From Octopus sinensis (Eukaryota): a stretch of 21,949 nt of DNA. The notes beneath the pieces were generated by a model. It was not told the origin of the DNA, ran no database searches, and saw only the letters and a program-made list of their open reading frames with translations. The stretch's first letter is position 1; each line of letters starts with the position of its first letter. Shown here one piece after another: positions 19,241-21,949 of this stretch. The stretch is taken from positions 1-21,949 of the forward strand of contig NW_021823635.1 of NCBI RefSeq assembly GCF_006345805.1, given 5' to 3'. The translations under genes and the position numbers were made by a program.

Positions 19241-19403
19241 GTATGTCGTCCATTTCCTATGCAGTTGCTGTGAGTGCATCTCAGTGCATATGTGTATATG
19301 CATCCATCTATACAAGCCTTTATGAGTACAACTGAGAGAGTATCTGTTGACGAGGGTGAGCATGTATGCTAATGTGAAAAATGTGTGTGAGTACGAAATA
19401 TCT

Positions 19404-19475
19404 TCATCATCATAATCATCATTTAACTTCTGTCTTCCATGCCGACATGGGTTTTGTTGGACAGTCTGACAGGAT
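19404..19475 (-). mobile_element. Short family R-like 3' tail
   Basis: catcatcataatcatcatttaac…ttccatgccgacatggg…ttggacag. Confidence 0.6.
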
Positions 19476-19487
19476 TCAATAAGGCAT

Positions 19488-19742
19488 AGCACATAGTGGC
19501 TTAGTGGTTAGGGTGTGAGCATCATGATCGTAAGATTGTGATTTCGATTCCTGGATCGAGCGATGTGTTGAGTTCTTGAGCAAAACATTTCATTTCACGT
19601 TGCTCCAGTCCACTCAGCTGGCAAAAATGAGTAACGCTGCGATGGACTGGCGTCCCACCCAGCTGGGGAACATATACGCCATAGAACCCGGAAAACCGGA
19701 CCCATGAGCCTGGCTAGGCTTTAAAAGGGCGCGTTTATTTAT
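19488..19742 (+). mobile_element. SINE with a family C head and core but a different tail (C2)
   Basis: tggcttagtggttag, ttcgattcc and gttcttgagcaaaacatttcatttcacgttgctccagtccactcagctg are shared with family C; the sequence after that (gcgatggactggcgtccc…) differs. Confidence 0.8.
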
Positions 19743-19780
19743 TTATATATAGTACATAGTGACATGAATACTTTCTACTA

Positions 19781-20221
19781 GGAAGGCGGTGAGCTGGCAG
19801 AAATGTTAGCACATCAGGCGAAATGCTTAGCAATACTTTGTCTTTACGTTCTGAGTTCAAATTCTGCCGAGGTTGACTTTGCCTTTCATCCTTTTGGGGG
19901 TTGATTAAATAATAAGTACTGCAATATGCACTAGGGTTGATATAATTGACTTAATCTGTTTGTCTGTCCTTGTTTGTCCCCTCTGTGTGTAGCCCCTTGT
20001 GGGCAGTAAAACAAAATATACGAAGAAATGTTAGCCCCTGGGCGAAATGCTTGGTGGTATTTTGTCTGTCTTTACCTTCTGAGTTTAAATTCTGCCGAGG
20101 TCGACTTTGCCTTTCATCTTTTTGGGGGTCGATAAATTAAGTACTAGTTGTGTACTAAGGTCGATCTAATCAACTGACCCCCTCCCCAAACATTTCGGGC
20201 CTTGTGCCTAGGGTAGAAAAT
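19781..20221 (+). mobile_element. SINE B dimer flanked by a 14-bp TSD
   Basis: Units about 19785-20018 (tail 1) and 20024-20221 (tail 2); aatactttctacta at 19767-19780 and 20222-20235. Confidence 0.88.
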
Positions 20222-20548
20222 AATACTTTCTACTATGTATACTCTACTTGAAAGGATGAAAGGCAGAGTCAACCTTGGCGGAATTTGGCCCGAGAACGTA
20301 AAGACAGAGGAAATACCTACTTCTTTACTACCCACAAGGGGCTAAACACAGGGGACAAACAAGGACAGAAAAATGGATTAAGTCGATTACATCGACTCCA
20401 GTGTGTAACTGGTACTTAATTTATCGACCCCGAAAGGATGAAAGGCAAAGTCGACCTTGGCGGAATTTGAACTCAGAACGTAATGGCAGACGAAATACGG
20501 ATACGCATTTCGCCTGGCGTGCTAACGTTTCTGCCAGCTCGCCGCCTT
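20222..20548 (-). mobile_element. SINE B dimer, minus strand, second unit internally deleted
   Basis: Head ctgccagctcgccgcc ends near 20548; junction aaagaagta|ggtattt at 20318/20317. Confidence 0.88.
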
Positions 20549-21109
20549 CAAAGCTATACAATAATGCATGATGAATTCAAAAACAATTTGAATAAAATAA
20601 GTATTATATTTGACAAAGTAATTTAAACACTCAAAGTTTAAAAGTGTGAGTGAAACGTTTTGAGTGGAGCAGGTTCTTGTTGTAGAGGAGCTGCAGGGTT
20701 ACTCACAAATAGGGGTTAGAGTGAGAATGAACCAGAAGTATCTGTGAAGAGATAAATAGTAGCAGTGATGAGGTGTCCAGGTGACACATCAAGGTGTAAA
20801 CTAAGTAGTAGATCAGGACAACTGGTACTCTTGTTGTTACCAATGGAGTGCCAATTTTTTTTATATGAATGTATGTGTGTGTGTGTGTGTGTGTTGTGTG
20901 TTTACAGTTATAAATATGCTGTGTATTTATAGTGATAAATATTGTATGTAGTTAGACAATCTAAAGTCTATTTCTCAGCATATTGGCATAGAAATTTATT
21001 TTCTTTTGCCCTTATTTATAATTTAATAATTTTCACCTTGAAAGATATTTTGATATGCTGGCTATTGATAAATTTGTTTTTGAAAAATTTATCCTTATAT
21101 AGAAGTATA

Positions 21110-21193
21110 TATAATCATCATCATCATCATCATCATCATCATGATATATATATATATATATATATATGTATAATATAGATATATATATATATC

Positions 21194-21243
<50 letters not shown>

Positions 21244-21317
21244 TATATACTTCTAATATAAGGATAACATTTTTCAAAAAAAAAACAAATTTATCAGTAG
21301 CCCAAGCAATATATATA

Positions 21318-21349
<32 letters not shown>

Positions 21350-21350
21350 G
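21110..21350. repeat. (CAT)n and (AT)n microsatellites
   Basis: Directly visible. Confidence 0.9.
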
Positions 21351-21379
21351 ATGGTTCAAATTATCAGAAAGCGAAAGAC

Positions 21380-21600
21380 AAAGACAGGTGTGGGAACAAC
21401 AAACAGGTGTATTAGTTTGATGTATATATATATAATCTCCTCTCTCTCTCTCCTCCGCTGCTTCTCTTTCTTTTCTTTTTCTCTCTCTGTCACGTGACTG
21501 CTGGCCGAAATCTGCCTCAGCTTCTGACCAGCGTCGTGTTAACATCGTTGTTTTTCGTCCGCCGCTATAGGCATCGCGATAGGCTCCTTTCCTGCGCCAG
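21380..21600. promoter_or_regulatory. Candidate promoter / first-exon region
   Basis: Non-repeat, locally CpG-enriched sequence with a CT tract (21436-21488), a palindromic GTCACGTGAC E-box (21489-21498) and two ACAGGTGT E-boxes (21384-21391, 21403-21410). Confidence 0.35.
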
Positions 21601-21949
21601 AGAAAAAAAAAAAATTTGTTTGCTTGTTATCAGTCGTAAGACACTTGTTGTTGTTTTCACCGTTAATACTCTGTATTTTGTTTCTGTATTCCATTATTTT
21701 TTTGTGTTTTTATATTCGTCCCTTTTGCTGTCCTGGTGTCCGTATGCATTCGATCCTTCTTCCAGGAAATCTACGCTCCCAGCTTAGTTTTTCTAATGGT
21801 CGTTTGCTTAGTTTTCTTGGAGGGCTGGCCGTGATCTAGTAATCTCAAGATTAATCAGCTGAAATTACTACGATGATCCGGTTCTTGACTGAAGACTGAG
21901 GGTTTCGAATGTCCTGTCCGTGTTTATTGTATCGTCTTCTAAGAGTTAT

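Noticed and set aside
21865-21915. HDV-like or hammerhead-like ribozyme (cgg-ttcttga-ctg…ttcgaatg; ctgaaga…cgaat)
   Set aside because: A P3/L3-like and a J4/2-like segment are present, but no convincing P1 partner was found by eye; as a hammerhead it lacks stem II and GAAA. An Infernal or RNArobo search would settle it.
21909-21949. ATG-initiated open frame MSCPCLLYRLLRV running off the window end
   Set aside because: Only 13 codons are visible, too short to evaluate.

Overview
This is eukaryotic, AT-rich, repeat-saturated DNA, most likely intronic or intergenic octopus (coleoid cephalopod) sequence; the taxon is inferred from recall of the repeat families, not from a search. No host protein-coding gene can be called with confidence, and almost every ORF in the track is a translation of a microsatellite, minisatellite or SINE. 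The window contains: (i) many copies of three tRNA-headed SINE families, labelled A, B and C here; (ii) several 3' ends of an RTE-like retroelement (family R) with an internal ~60-bp VNTR and a (GAT)n tail; (iii) real coding relics: an RTE/BovB-type ORF C-terminus, a mariner transposase fragment, and two different R4/Dong-clade restriction-like endonuclease fragments; (iv) TTAA-flanked MITEs, a Penelope-like terminal repeat carrying a minimal hammerhead-ribozyme-like motif, and a probable non-autonomous Helitron-like element; (v) a ~290-bp higher-order ATCC satellite and abundant (AT)n, (GT)n, (TAA)n and (CAC)n tracts. The most interesting signals are the hammerhead-like motif at 16902-16936, a same-orientation train of three elements in (TAA)n at 12173-13937, a three-tier mariner/SINE/RTE nest at 10757-11690, a TSD-supported dimeric SINE, a perfect 18-bp ER6-type palindrome, and a CpG-richer promoter-like end of the window.
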